From: Lophium mytilinum
Lineage: Eukaryota
Length of the DNA: 64,000 bases
Assembly: GCA_010093605.1 (NCBI GenBank)
Contig: MU004194.1
Span: 254,156-318,155 of the forward strand
Direction of reading: 5' to 3'
Shown here: positions 1 through 13,402 of the stretch, in pieces
Position numbering within the stretch: position 1 is the first letter of the stretch
Layout: every line of letters starts with the position of its first letter
Notes under the pieces: model-generated
Told to the model about the DNA's origin: nothing
Databases searched by the model: none
What the model saw: the letters and a program-made list of their open reading frames with translations, nothing else
Made by a program: the position numbers and the translations under genes

Positions 1-2013
1 TCCACGCTGCTCAACTGGCGTGCTAATATTACGTTGAACTCGTCGATGTGCTCTTTCGCCCACTTGATGCACGCGGACATCATGACGTGCGGGAAGCAAT
101 TCTGGTAGATATGTACCGTATTCTTGATGATGGTGAAGTAGATGAAGGAGATTTGGTAGATATACTCGGGAAGGTGGCCCTCGAATATGCATTGTCTGGA
201 AATGATTAGTCTTGTGCCGGAGAAAGAAGACATTGGGCAGTGTTCACCTAGATCGCGTCTTGATTACGGCACTCCTTGCTTCAAGATATGCATCCCTAGC
301 TCTATCCTCAAAGCCGAGCCTGGAAACCCAGTGGACGTGAGTCTTCGCCGACGTCAACCACGAATGATTCTCGACCAATTGGCGTATCAGTACTGTTGCA
401 AGTTTCGCGGCTCTTTCGTTGACTTTGAAAGTGAGAAGGTTCTGAGCAACGGCATTGCTTTTAATGTTCTTTGCCAATGACTTCAGCTTCTCCACTCTAG
501 ACACAGCCTTTTCAAAGCGTTGGAGAGCAATGTCGATGTCCAGATCATCCAGCTGGCTTTCCACCCATCGAATGCTCTGTTGCTTCCCATCCACATCCAC
601 AAACATACTCGACCTATGATTCACTGTGTTCTCGGACAAACTCTCTAAAAGATCGGCCTTCTTTAGAATGCTCAGATCCCTGGTGGCAAAATAGTTGACA
701 GAGTCTTGCTGCTTTCCTCGCTCTTCAGTCTCGACCTCCATAGTCCTTCGAAGGTCCTCCAAGGTTTTGCGGTAGGTAGAAAGTAGCGTGTTCTTCTCGC
801 TTACATCAGAGCCGTACACAGCAAAGGTATACGATTCTGTGCCGACACGAATATTAATTGCATCCGTTGTTCCCTTTCCTTCACGTTCACGACCTCCAGG
901 AGCAGACCGAGAAGACAAGTCTGCCAGCTGAACATCCTGAAGAGGCCAACACCGTTGCGCGACTAGTTGTGTCTGGATTTGATTCTTCTTCTGCTTTACG
1001 TCTCGCGGATTTTGCCCTGCCATATCCGCTCTCTTCTTCTCCGAGGCCACTAGAAAGTGGTCATTAAGCAAGATCAAGTGGATCCGCCGCCTGATCTTCC
1101 AAGTAGCAGCGTTCAATTCTACCCATTTCCCGGATTCGTGGATTATGTGCCGCCCAGGTATTGCGGGCAAATACTTCTGCGATCCTTCGACGCGTTTCCA
1201 TAAAGTTTGAAGATGCGAGTTCCACAGAGCCTCCAGATTGGCAACGGAGCTCCTATTGGCCTGCTTTCTTGCGGTAATGGCATCCCCTCCCAATCCAGAT
1301 GCAGATGTAGTCTGTCCCAACGTGCTTGTCAGCTCAGACATCAAGGTCCTAAGCATCCGCATTTCGCCCTTCAGCTTCTCTGCCTCTTTACTAATCTTGA
1401 TGAACTGGGTTCGATTCTGATACACATTGTGCTGGAGGTCGGTCGAGGTGCGGTTCTTCAATTTACGTAGTTTGTCCTGGTAATCTCGAATGTCCTGTTC
1501 TGAAGCATCTGAGAGCAACGTGGCAACATCTACGGATAGTCAGTAGACGGAGCGTGCAAACAATAATAGCCACCTACACTGCTCAGGGCGCAAGTTTGGA
1601 TCCCTCAGTGCCTTCTCGTCGACCTTCACCCGCTGCCCATCAGAGCTTCCAGGAGGCCTCCCATCCCTTGATGGCGGCTGGCTTGCATACTGGCCTGGTA
1701 TCCCAGGCATTGTGGGCAGTGGCGGAGCTCCTGCGCCAAAATCTGTAGGCAGATTGGTGAACCGCGTTGAGTACCTCCTCTTCACCAAATCCGCCGTCTT
1801 CTCGCCCTGCGGTGGACGCTGGCGGGGCGCGTCCAATTTCCTAGGCCCAGAGCCATCGCTCGGTCGCAGGCGCTCTGCTCCTATGCCTGAAGAGAGGGTT
1901 CCGGCGGCCAGTCCTGTAGGCATGGGTGCGCTGATCTGCTTCGGGGCGCTGATTTTGGGGCGTACGGAGCGCTTCTTGCGGAGGGAAATCCCCTTGCTCT
2001 TTTCCTCTGACAT
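1..2013 (-). CDS. EXO84: Exocyst complex component Exo84; 3' end runs off the window
   Basis: ATG at 2013 (MSEEKSKGISLRKKR...KISAP); introns 1530-1577 and 196-247; LQHNVYQNRTQFIKISKEAEKL coiled coil followed by a PH-like region (HLILLNDHFLVA). Confidence 0.9.
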
Positions 2014-2291
2014 CTTGCCGGCAAGATATTTGTCTTGATTTGGTGTGGGATAGTGTCGCAATTGCGAAGGTTGTAGAGAGTCGTCGGCAATCACCTCGAC
2101 GTTGTCGAAGCCACCACCAAGGGCGACTGATGACGCTCGGACTCCTGAACGTCGAACCTCTTTTTTTGTGACCTCCCCAACCCACGAGACCGTCACCCAT
2201 CACCCCCATCAGTTCTTCCTCTCCGCCGCAAGCGCCTGATATTTTCATATAATTCCTCGTCTTCTTCTGGTTCTCGAAAATCGCTTTTAGC

Positions 2292-2921
2292 ATGTCTGCC
2301 CCCCTCAAATCCTCCACCATCGTTGCGGTGAGCGCCGGCGCAGTCGTCACCGGCCTGCTCGCATACGCCGTCTACTTCGACCACCGGAGGCGAACAGACC
2401 CAGATTTCAGGAAGGCGCTGAAGAGGGAATCAAAGAAGCAGGCCAAGGCCGCGAAAGAGGAGGCCCAGCTACAATCCGTGCAGCAGAAGAAGCTTGTTCG
2501 GCAAGCCGTGGACGCGGCGAACGAGGAGGGGTTCCCGACTGATGCGGAGGAGGTCGAGGCATACTTCATGCAAGAGGTTGCGCGTGGAGAGCAGCTATGC
2601 CAGGATGGTATGTTGCTGTATTCCTTGTGGCGCTTAGATTCAATTACTGATCTGCTTTATAGGCGCAGAAGCGATAGATGCAGCCTTGTGCTTCTATCGG
2701 GCCCTCAAGGTCTATCCTCAGCCAAGAGAGCTCATCACCATTTACGATAAGACTGTCCCCAAGGTAAGAATCTGTGGTATACGCTCATAATTGTTCTACA
2801 CTAACGACTACAGCCGGTACTTGACGTCCTCGCCGAGATGATTGCAGTGGACTCTAGCATTCCCATTGGGAAACCTACTCCTACAGGCTCGGCAGGCTCT
2901 GCAGATGGAGAAACCGATTAG
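2292..2921 (+). CDS. TOM20: Mitochondrial import receptor Tom20
   Basis: N-terminal TM followed by [36 protein letters not shown]; exon 2 [15 protein letters not shown]; two introns; TAG at 2919-2921. Confidence 0.93.
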
Positions 2922-3565
2922 GCCGACACTTACTCTATTACTCGGTTCTCGTACAACGTCCCAAACGATACCGAATCACACCACTCGAAGTTACTCCCAC
3001 CTCCCTTTCGTGTAACATCGTTGTACATATAAGTTCTTTGCTTTCTGGAGTCTGGGCCGGGGGAAGATGCTAGGCATCTGTTGTTTGAATAGACGAGGTG
3101 AGGGCGAGTTGTTGGCGAGGCTTGGCCGTCCTCAAAGTGAACCAGGGGCACATCAAAGCATGCAGAAACGGAAACTCGGACAGACGAAAAGCTACGAACC
3201 ATTCAGCGGACTATAACCCCATTCGGTGGACAGTCTACACATTTACCGCAATATGCTTTACGAGAATAAACGTGTCCAATTCTAATGAATTTGCAACATC
3301 ACTTCAGGGCATAGACTCTCAAAAGTAATGTCATCCATTGAGTTTACAATAGCGTAAGACGCGCGAAAGAGTCCATATACTACAAGTTTATGCAATCCCC
3401 GGACCTTGCTTCATGCCTTTCCCACCCTTCCAAAGACGCCATGCTACAAAATTTGGCCCCCAAGATCCATGGATGACTGGAAAAGAGACCCATGAGTTGA
3501 TTACGCTAGTGTTTCTATGGTCGATTCGATAAAGGAGATAGCACGTCCATGCTTTCCGAAGTGTT

Positions 3566-4535
<970 letters not shown>

Positions 4536-5260
4536 TGTAGAGTTTGCCGGCGACGGATGGTAGAGAGCGAGGGTACGTTCAGCTTCCTTCGGGGTCGAAG
4601 GGCGGAAAGTTGGGTTGGGTGAAGGGGTCAAGGAGTCGCCGTCTATGGAGATTCTGGAAGCCTTAATGGATCACGGAGACGGCGGGCAGGGTTGGCCTGT
4701 TCGGCACGCCGTAGTGCCAAGAGACCCACTGGCTTGTTTGCGGAACTTCTCGATCCACGCCACGGCTATCATATGTTCCATCCACAGTCGCATTTCTTAA
4801 TTCACTGGCATCAACGACGAGGCGCATATCAAATAGTCGCCCAATTAGTACACAGTAGGCTGGAGGCATCCGCAATCTTCGTAGTCATTCGTTAGACGCT
4901 CTTATCCTTCATTGCACTCTCTCTGAGCTCAGGCATTGCAGAATTTCGATACCTTCGTACATTATCGAGCTTAAGTTACTGTATTTCTACTGTCGTTATT
5001 GCAGCGAGTCAGGCAGGTTACTTGGTTCTATATAATCTCATCGCACATATACCTACCCATCAATTATACTTTCAGATGCAAGTCAGATACTCCTAAACGA
5101 GGCTCCATACCCCCTGTCTTCGTGAAAAGGTTAGCTTCCCGCCCCACCTCAGACAACCGAACCACCACTTCCACATCCGCGATTTTGAATGCCAACCTTT
5201 CAGAGGGCATTTTGAGTCTCCGCTATGAAGGAACTTATTCCTTGCCGCCCCCAATAGACA

Positions 5261-5333
5261 GGTTCCGTGGTGTAGTGGTTATCACGTCAGTCTAACACAC
5301 TGAAGGTCCCCGGTTCGAGACCGGGCGGAATCA
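5261..5333 (+). tRNA. tRNA-Val, anticodon AAC, intronless
   Basis: Acceptor stem GGTTCCG...CGGAATC-A; anticodon arm TCAGT-CT-AAC-AC-ACTGA; T arm GGTTCGAGACC; Pol III terminator TTTTT immediately downstream. Confidence 0.96.
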
Positions 5334-5876
5334 CTTTTTGTTTGCAGTTTATTATTACTATTTAGTAGTAGAAAGCCTTCTTTTTTGATTACAACTACTG
5401 TATATAGCCTCTCCAGTGAATTGACTATCTCTGTGTATCACTTTTTGATTTAGTAGTTCGGTGGATCAAACACTCTTCGTTCATTTACCAAGTCTTACAG
5501 CAGACTTGCAACGGAAACTACACAAGAAACTGCTAGATAAAGCTGATCTAACCGTGCGTAAAGAAGCATTTGCAAGTTAAAGGACCGATATTGACGCAGT
5601 CCCCTGAGATCCACTTCGATACATACATAATGACTTCTTCGTTCTGTTCACAGAGAAAGCTCTCCGTTCCGTGCAATTGCACCTGAGCCATAAGGTGTAA
5701 AAGCCCTTGCAATCAACCACCTTCTACTAACTCTTGATTCGACGCTTGCCCGAAATCTTGGCACGCACGTGACCCCGAAAAATGGGCCAACCGCGGCAAC
5801 CTCAAAATTTCTATCGATATTCCCTAACCACAAACACCCCGCAACCTCGACCAGCAAATCCTCCAATCCCCCCAGA

Positions 5877-7283
5877 ATGGCGTCCTCAGTTGCCGCTCCG
5901 GCGCAGCACAAGCAACCATCTCGCAAAGGCAAAAAAGCATGGCGAAAGAACGTCGACACCACCGAAATTGAGCAAGGCCTCGACGATGTGCGAGATGAAG
6001 TGATTCTAGGGTAATTATCCCTTTTTAAGCCATCCGCACCCTCTGTCTCTCAATTCTAACCCATATCCAGCGGTGTAATATCCGAGAAGCCATCCTCCGA
6101 ACTCTTCTCCCTTGACACGACCGGCTCCGCCGGAATCAAAAAAACCTACAAAACCGGCAAGCCCCTCAAAGCCGACGAGATCATCGCTGCGCGCTCTGCT
6201 GTCCCCGCTGTTTCTATGAGAAAGCGGCCAGCGTCGAGAACTACAGATGGGATCATTGCGTCCAAGGGTAAGAAGCCACGGATCAGCAATAAAGAGTATG
6301 ACCGGCTGCGGGCGATTGCGTACGGTGGCGAGCAGGTGCAGAAGGATGTTGTGAGGCTAGAGGGTGCGACGCATGACCCCTGGGCTGCGGAAGAGAAAGC
6401 TCAGGATCCCAAGTTCTCGTTTCTGGAGGAGAAGAGGGCCAAGCGGGAGCCTGTTACGCTGAAGCGGGCGCCGGTTTCGCTGGTGGCGAGTGGGAAGGCG
6501 GTACCTGCGGTTACGAAGCCGGAGGCGGGGAAGAGCTATAATCCCAATTTTGAAGACTGGAAGGGTGTGCTGAAGAGGGAGGGCGATAAAGAGGTTGAGG
6601 CGGAGAAGAAGCGGCTTGAGAAGGCGGAATTCGACAGGGAAAGGCAGGAGAGGATTATGGCTATGGCAGCAGAGCCGGATCTGGTGTCTGATGACGGAGA
6701 AATTGCGTGGGAGAGTGAGTGGGAAGGCTTCCAAAGCGAGGTAGAGGAGGACTCGCTCAAAAAGAAGCGACCCGAGAGGAAAACGCAGCCAGAGAGGAAC
6801 AAGATGAAGCGTAGGAAGGAGGCAGAGAGGCTTGCCCTGCATGAGGCGAAGTCAAAGGAGAGGGACCGACAACATGCCCAGATCAAGGCTGTGGCGAAAG
6901 CCGTGAAGGCGGAGGAGAAGGCAAAAGAGGCTACTCGTGCATTAGTGGTGGTGGGAGAAGATGACTCGTCCGACGAAGGCGATGAAGTTCTGAGACGGAA
7001 GTCATTGGGCAAGGCTCGGTATGTGTATTACAATATACTCAACTGCAGTTCTAACATCCGAACCAGAATTCCAGAAGCACCCCTGGAAGTTGTTTTGAGC
7101 GACGAGTTGCAAGACTCATTGCGACTCCTCAAGCCTGAGGGTAATCTGCTTAAGGACCGGTTCCGCAGCATGATGGTCAGAGGAAGGATTGAAAGTAGGA
7201 GGCCAATCGCTTTCCACAAACAGCGAAAGATGAAGGCGACCGAAAAGTGGTCGTACAAGGACTGGAAGCTTCCACAATACTGA
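5877..7283 (+). CDS. NOP53: 60S ribosome biogenesis protein Nop53
   Basis: QPSRKGKKAWRKNVD; ELFSLDT motif; SYNP; C-terminal LQDSLRLLKPEGNLLKDRFRSM...KWSYKDW; introns 6011-6070 and 7019-7066. Confidence 0.93.
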
Positions 7284-7481
7284 ACTTAGGCGGTGTTGCG
7301 TTACGAACATGCACTACGGTAGAGATTTCATAGTTGATCACAATACAACGACTTGTATTGAATGCTTGGTTTACATTGCATATGATTCTATGGCTTTGAG
7401 CCGTTTACCGCGAAGCGCTTCCGGGTATTCTAGGCTGCCCTAGCCTCAGCTTAGCTGACCTGGTGTACTCTATCTCCGAAC

Positions 7482-8846
7482 TTATCGAACAGTGGCGCCC
7501 TTCAAGGTTACGACTGTACATAGACCAGCAGCAGTCTTCAGCTTGCTTAATCCAGTCTTTTTTGACTCGCCCTCGCCCGCCAATTGCGGCACCTCACCGA
7601 CCTCGAACCCAACCTCCAAATCATCAGTAGTAGTGAATCCAGGCTGAATGGTCTCCCAGACCTTCTTCTTCGGGTTCAGCACAAGTTCAGGCTCGCCCTC
7701 CCATCCTTCGAAGTAGACTCTGTCTCCAGCCTTTGAATCAGCCGGGGGATTGACCAGCTCAACGGGGCCCTTGTGGCTGTCTTCGCCTTCGGCAACCCGC
7801 GGTGATGCTGCGAGAACCATGGCAGCAGACTTAATACCGCGCATAGTGACTGGCTTCAGGTTGCAGACGGCGACGATCTTACGATTTTGCATCTCTTCCA
7901 GCGGGATAAGCCCGTTCAGCCCAGAGCACACCGTTCGCACGATTTGTCCCTCGTACTCAGACGTATTGTCCGTTCCTGCTGGATCCCCACAAGCAATTGT
8001 GCTGACGAAGAGGCTGTCGGCATTAGGATGCGTCGTAGCCTTGAGGATATGTCCGACTCGCAAATCAATCAGACACGGGGAAAGTGGCTTCTCGACAGGC
8101 GCCGCTTTTGGCGGCTTAGGCTGCTTCACCTTCTTTTCCTTCTTATTGCCCCCCTCTGCAGCCACTGGTGTCTCCTTGCCCACCGCCGCGGCTACAGCCT
8201 CTCCCGCCTGGTGTACCTTGTCCTTCGCCTTCTCCTTCTTGCTCTTACGTCCACCCTGAGATTCTGCCTGCTCGCCCGTCAAAGTGGTAGCGGTAGCTCC
8301 ACCGGCACCCACCGCTCCCGCGGCCGCAGCCTCCTTCTCTTTCTTCTTGCGCTCCTTCTCGGCCTTCGCGTCGATTGGCTTGATCTTGAAGAGGACTTCG
8401 TCCGTATCAATCGTGACCTTGTTGTCCAGCTTCAATCCGAAAACAGGTGCGTTCTGTACGAAGTCGACGAAGCGCACTATGTGATGGTATCCCTGCTCTC
8501 CAGTCCGCTCTTCCGCGCTCCACTTGCCAACAACGGGTGCCAGCTTCTCGTACAGAGCAACGTCGGCGACGGCCGGCTTGCTGCCCAGCAGGGTCGTGCG
8601 GGAGGACAAGTGCGTGTTCAGAGACGCGAGGCGCTCGTCCGTCTTCGCCTGGTCTTCGGTGGGGGAGGCAATGTGGCTGGCTGTAATGAGCCATTGGGTG
8701 ATTTCAGCCTTTTCAGCGTCGGTGTAGTGGGCGGCGGGGAAGATGGCGCCAGAGACTTTGACGGGATCGGTGGATGAGACGTCTGCAGTAGGGAAGGAGG
8801 TTTTGAGCAGGGAGACAAGGCTGCCATCGAGACTGGAGGACGCCAT
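7482..8846 (-). CDS. ARC1: tRNA-aminoacylation cofactor Arc1 (GST-like N-terminus plus OB-fold tRNA-binding domain)
   Basis: Single 454 aa ORF; IDLRVGHI, HPNADSLFVS, RTVCSGL, VCNLKPVTMRGIKSAAMVLAA, LNPKKKVWE. Confidence 0.9.
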   Translation of the reverse strand: MASSSLDGSLVSLLKTSFPTADVSSTDPVKVSGAIFPAAHYTDAEKAEITQWLITASHIASPTEDQAKTDERLASLNTHLSSRTTLLGSKPAVADVALYEKLAPVVGKWSAEERTGEQGYHHIVRFVDFVQNAPVFGLKLDNKVTIDTDEVLFKIKPIDAKAEKERKKKEKEAAAAGAVGAGGATATTLTGEQAESQGGRKSKKEKAKDKVHQAGEAVAAAVGKETPVAAEGGNKKEKKVKQPKPPKAAPVEKPLSPCLIDLRVGHILKATTHPNADSLFVSTIACGDPAGTDNTSEYEGQIVRTVCSGLNGLIPLEEMQNRKIVAVCNLKPVTMRGIKSAAMVLAASPRVAEGEDSHKGPVELVNPPADSKAGDRVYFEGWEGEPELVLNPKKKVWETIQPGFTTTDDLEVGFEVGEVPQLAGEGESKKTGLSKLKTAAGLCTVVTLKGATVR

Positions 8847-9364
8847 AGTGCGTGTTTGTATTTGTTCGGGCTCTGGTGGGGGTGGTGGAGTTGGAGTTGG
8901 AGTGGCGGCGTTGACTGCAATCCGCGGGGGAAGAGTCTTGGTATGCTTGAGATGGGGCGGCAGGCGGGTTCAATTCTCCGGCACACTCTTGAGAAAGCTG
9001 TGTTTGGTCGTTGAAGAATGGCTCTGGGCAGTGTGTGTCTAGTGGGGAAGTGCAGCTGCATCCTGACTCACCAATGATTCTGAGGTCAAAATTTGTCGCA
9101 GTCACCAAGCGAGTTGCACGTCGAAGCACCCCTGCACTGCCCTTGGGGGTATTTATTTATACCCACGGACCACTAAGTGTAGATTTACCAGTTCGAAGAA
9201 GACATTCTTTTCTGATTGTACGCTAACTATTTGTTCTCTTGCCAAAGGGTGCCTGTGCTGATACGGTAGACGAAAACGCTCACGTTGCCAATGCAAGCAA
9301 ATCTACCAGCTCTAACTGAGACTTTTCAAATGCAGACTGGCAGAATCCAGTCACAAGAGCCTCC

Positions 9365-10793
<1,429 letters not shown>

Positions 10794-11063
10794 GATTGCA
10801 ATTGGAGTGGAGGATTTGCGCGAGGTTTGTGGTGTTGGGCTGCGCTGCGGAAGATGCAAGCTTATGGACAGTCTGTCCAGACGTTGACGCTTGGATATAA
10901 AAACGAGAATGCAGGGCGCATGCAAGCAAAGCCCTGTGGCGGGGGGTTGTGCAGGGCGGATACGCTTCCCCAACAGGCCAAGTGTATGTCTCAGAGCAGT
11001 CTAGCCACATTCATTCACCTGACAAAAGACACGAGATGTGAGTTTTCAGTGACGCAGTGTAGA

Positions 11064-12520
11064 TCAGACTACTTTTTGGCTGGCCGGATATCTGCTAGCT
11101 GGGACACCTCCGACAGTGGTATCGAACAAGCAAAAATGGAGCCTGAGCAGCGGGATGTCTAGGTGCCCAAGTTTAGGTCCACGCCGTATAGATCGGACTA
11201 CCTTTTTCCTGGACGGTATCCTAGTAGTAAGGCCACTCCTGACAGTGGTGTCAAGCAAGCAAGAATGGAGCCTGGGTAGTAGTATATCTAGGTGCCTAAG
11301 GTTAGGTTCCTGATGTTGTATTTAGACTACCCTTTTCCTGGATGTTATGCTGGTAGCTGGACCTCTCCTGACAGTGGTGTCGAGCAAGCAAGATCGAAGC
11401 CTAATCAGTAGTATATCTAGGTGCCCAAACTTAGGTTCCTGCCGTCGAAAGTAGACTACCCTTTTCCTAAATGTTATACTGGCAGCTGGGCCTCTCCTCA
11501 CAGTGGTGTCGAGCAAGCAGGCAAGAAGCCTAAGCACACCCATTCAGCACTACTGGGTTTCCAGGACTCCAAGCTCAATCTAAATGTTGTGCCATTGGAA
11601 GCCGGACGACGCTTTGACTGGTCAGTAAGTTGCTAGCCGGGCTCCTCCTTACAGTGGCGTCGAACGAGCAAGATTGGAGCTTGAGCAGTGGTATATCTTG
11701 TCAACGTGCCTGAGCATATGAACTTCGACGTCTTTAGCGACTGTAAAAGTTAATGCATTGGGAATTGGACTTCTTCTTGACGAGCACGCACTCTACTAGC
11801 TAGACTACTCCATACAGTGCCAAGAAGAAAGCAAATTTAGGGGCTTCTTGTGCTAAATTAACCTACTTGCCTAAGTATACAAGTTTTTATGTCCTGGACG
11901 GATCTAAAGGTCAATGCATTGGGAATTGGACCACCTTTTGACTGGCAAGCACTCTGTTGGCTAAACTACTCCATACAGTGTCAAGAAGAAAGCAAAGTTA
12001 TAGCTTTCCTACGCTAAGCTGTGACGATGTGCCTAAGCTTATGAGATTTTGCGTCCTGGACGGATGCAAAGGTCAATGCCTTGAGGACTGAACTACCTCT
12101 TGACTAGCAAGCAACATCCTAGCTAGACCACTCCATACAGTGTCAAGAAGAACGAAAAGTAATAGCTTTTTTGTGCTAAATTGTGACTATGTACCTAAGC
12201 TTATGAGATTTACCTCCTGGACGGATGTAAAGGTCAATGCTTTGAGAATTGAACTACCTCTTGACTAGCAAGCAATATCCTAGCTGGGCTACTCCCTGCA
12301 GCGGTACCGAGCGAGCAAAAGCGAGGCGAGAACGGTAATATATACCTCTGAATGTCTCTGACTTCTCAATTTTGGGTCCTCGGAGTGTGTTTAGATTGCT
12401 GCAGTAGATATCAGACTTCCTGTTGATTGCTCGGCCGCATACTCGCTGGGCCACTCCTTGCAGTGGTGTCGAGCGAGCAAGAGCTAAGCCTAAACAGTGA
12501 TATATGCGGGTGCTTGCGCA
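11064..12520. repeat. Diverged tandem array of 10 units sharing a ~90 bp core; period 129 bp then ~162 bp
   Basis: Core anchor (A/G)CAG(T/C)G at 11113, 11242, 11371, 11500, 11651, 11814, 11975, 12137, 12298, 12460; consensus approx. GACTACC..TTGACTGG-N~10-TAGCTGGGCCACTCCTNACAGTGGTGTCGAGCAAGCAAG. Confidence 0.9.
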
Positions 12521-12839
12521 TGATACGTGGATTGGCAGCAATTTTGGCGTCTTTAATGGACCCTGGGGATGCAGGAAATACGCCGGCGCAAGGAGTCGCT
12601 GCAGGTGAAGTGGCGTAGATCCATCACGTGATCTGGAATTCCTCGGCGCGCAACAAAACATCCCCAGACGCGCCAGGTTAGACTGCCCTCTCGAACAAAC
12701 AACTGCCATCTCTCCATCCCAGCGCGCGTTGACATAAAGCGCCGCTTCATCCCCGCCTTCCATAATATGCCCTCCAGCTTTCTCTGTGCGCACGCCCAAC
12801 GAGAAAGACCCTGATTTTGGGGCGCGGAAAACGTCGCAG

Positions 12840-13390
12840 GTACGTGCCAGTTGATACGGAGCAGCGTGCCCTTCCTATTGTGCGCCTATTGTCACCACTT
12901 CACCTGTCAAGCCTATTGCCCGGTTGTTCACCGCCCCCACTGCTATTGTCCGATTGTTCCTATTGTGATAGCTTTCTATTGTGATAGCTTTCTACTTAAA
13001 CTCACCTCTTACCCAGTTTCTTCCTTCTTCAACCTTCCCCAAATCCTCCTTCTCTTCATCACTCCGTCACAGCACTCCCGCACTCCTAGTAGCACTCCAT
13101 AACACCACATCCTGTAAGTCCCCACAGTCGCATCCATCTTTCCAATTCTGTCGCGACTAGCGTCTGAACTAGACTGCCCCATCTCTACCCTTCTCGTCAC
13201 ATCCTGAATTCCATCGCGTTGTCGTTCGGTCTCGATTGGCGTCTGATTTAGACGGCCTCGACTTGACCATCCTCATCACCATGTCATCTCCTTCACGTCA
13301 TCTCCTTCACGTCATCAATTGTACCTGCGTTCCGACTCAATTGCACCCCACATGACACCGTCTGAAGGACCCCAGCTAACTTGCTCATAG
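12840..13390 (+). other. Probable 5'-UTR intron of the SUN-domain gene
   Basis: Donor CAG|GTACGT at 12840; branch site GCTAAC at 13375; acceptor TAG at 13390, 12 nt before the ATG at 13403. Confidence 0.5.
12875..12991 (+). promoter_or_regulatory. Cluster of CTATTGT motifs (HMG-box-like sites)
   Basis: CTATTGT at 12875, 12886, 12943, 12960, 12976 and CTATTGC at 12913. Confidence 0.4.
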
Positions 13391-13402
13391 CCACACAACG
13401 CA

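Noticed and set aside
11064..12520. CRISPR array interpretation of the repeat-linker structure
   Set aside because: Eukaryotic context with no cas genes; repeats are long and diverged, and neighbouring linkers are homologous to each other rather than unique spacers.
11064..12520. tRNA, 5S or SINE-like Pol III units
   Set aside because: No cloverleaf, no correctly spaced A/B boxes, and no 5S similarity recognisable by eye.
13284..13317. 14 bp tandem duplication TCATCTCCTTCACG
   Set aside because: A simple slippage duplication with no further structure.
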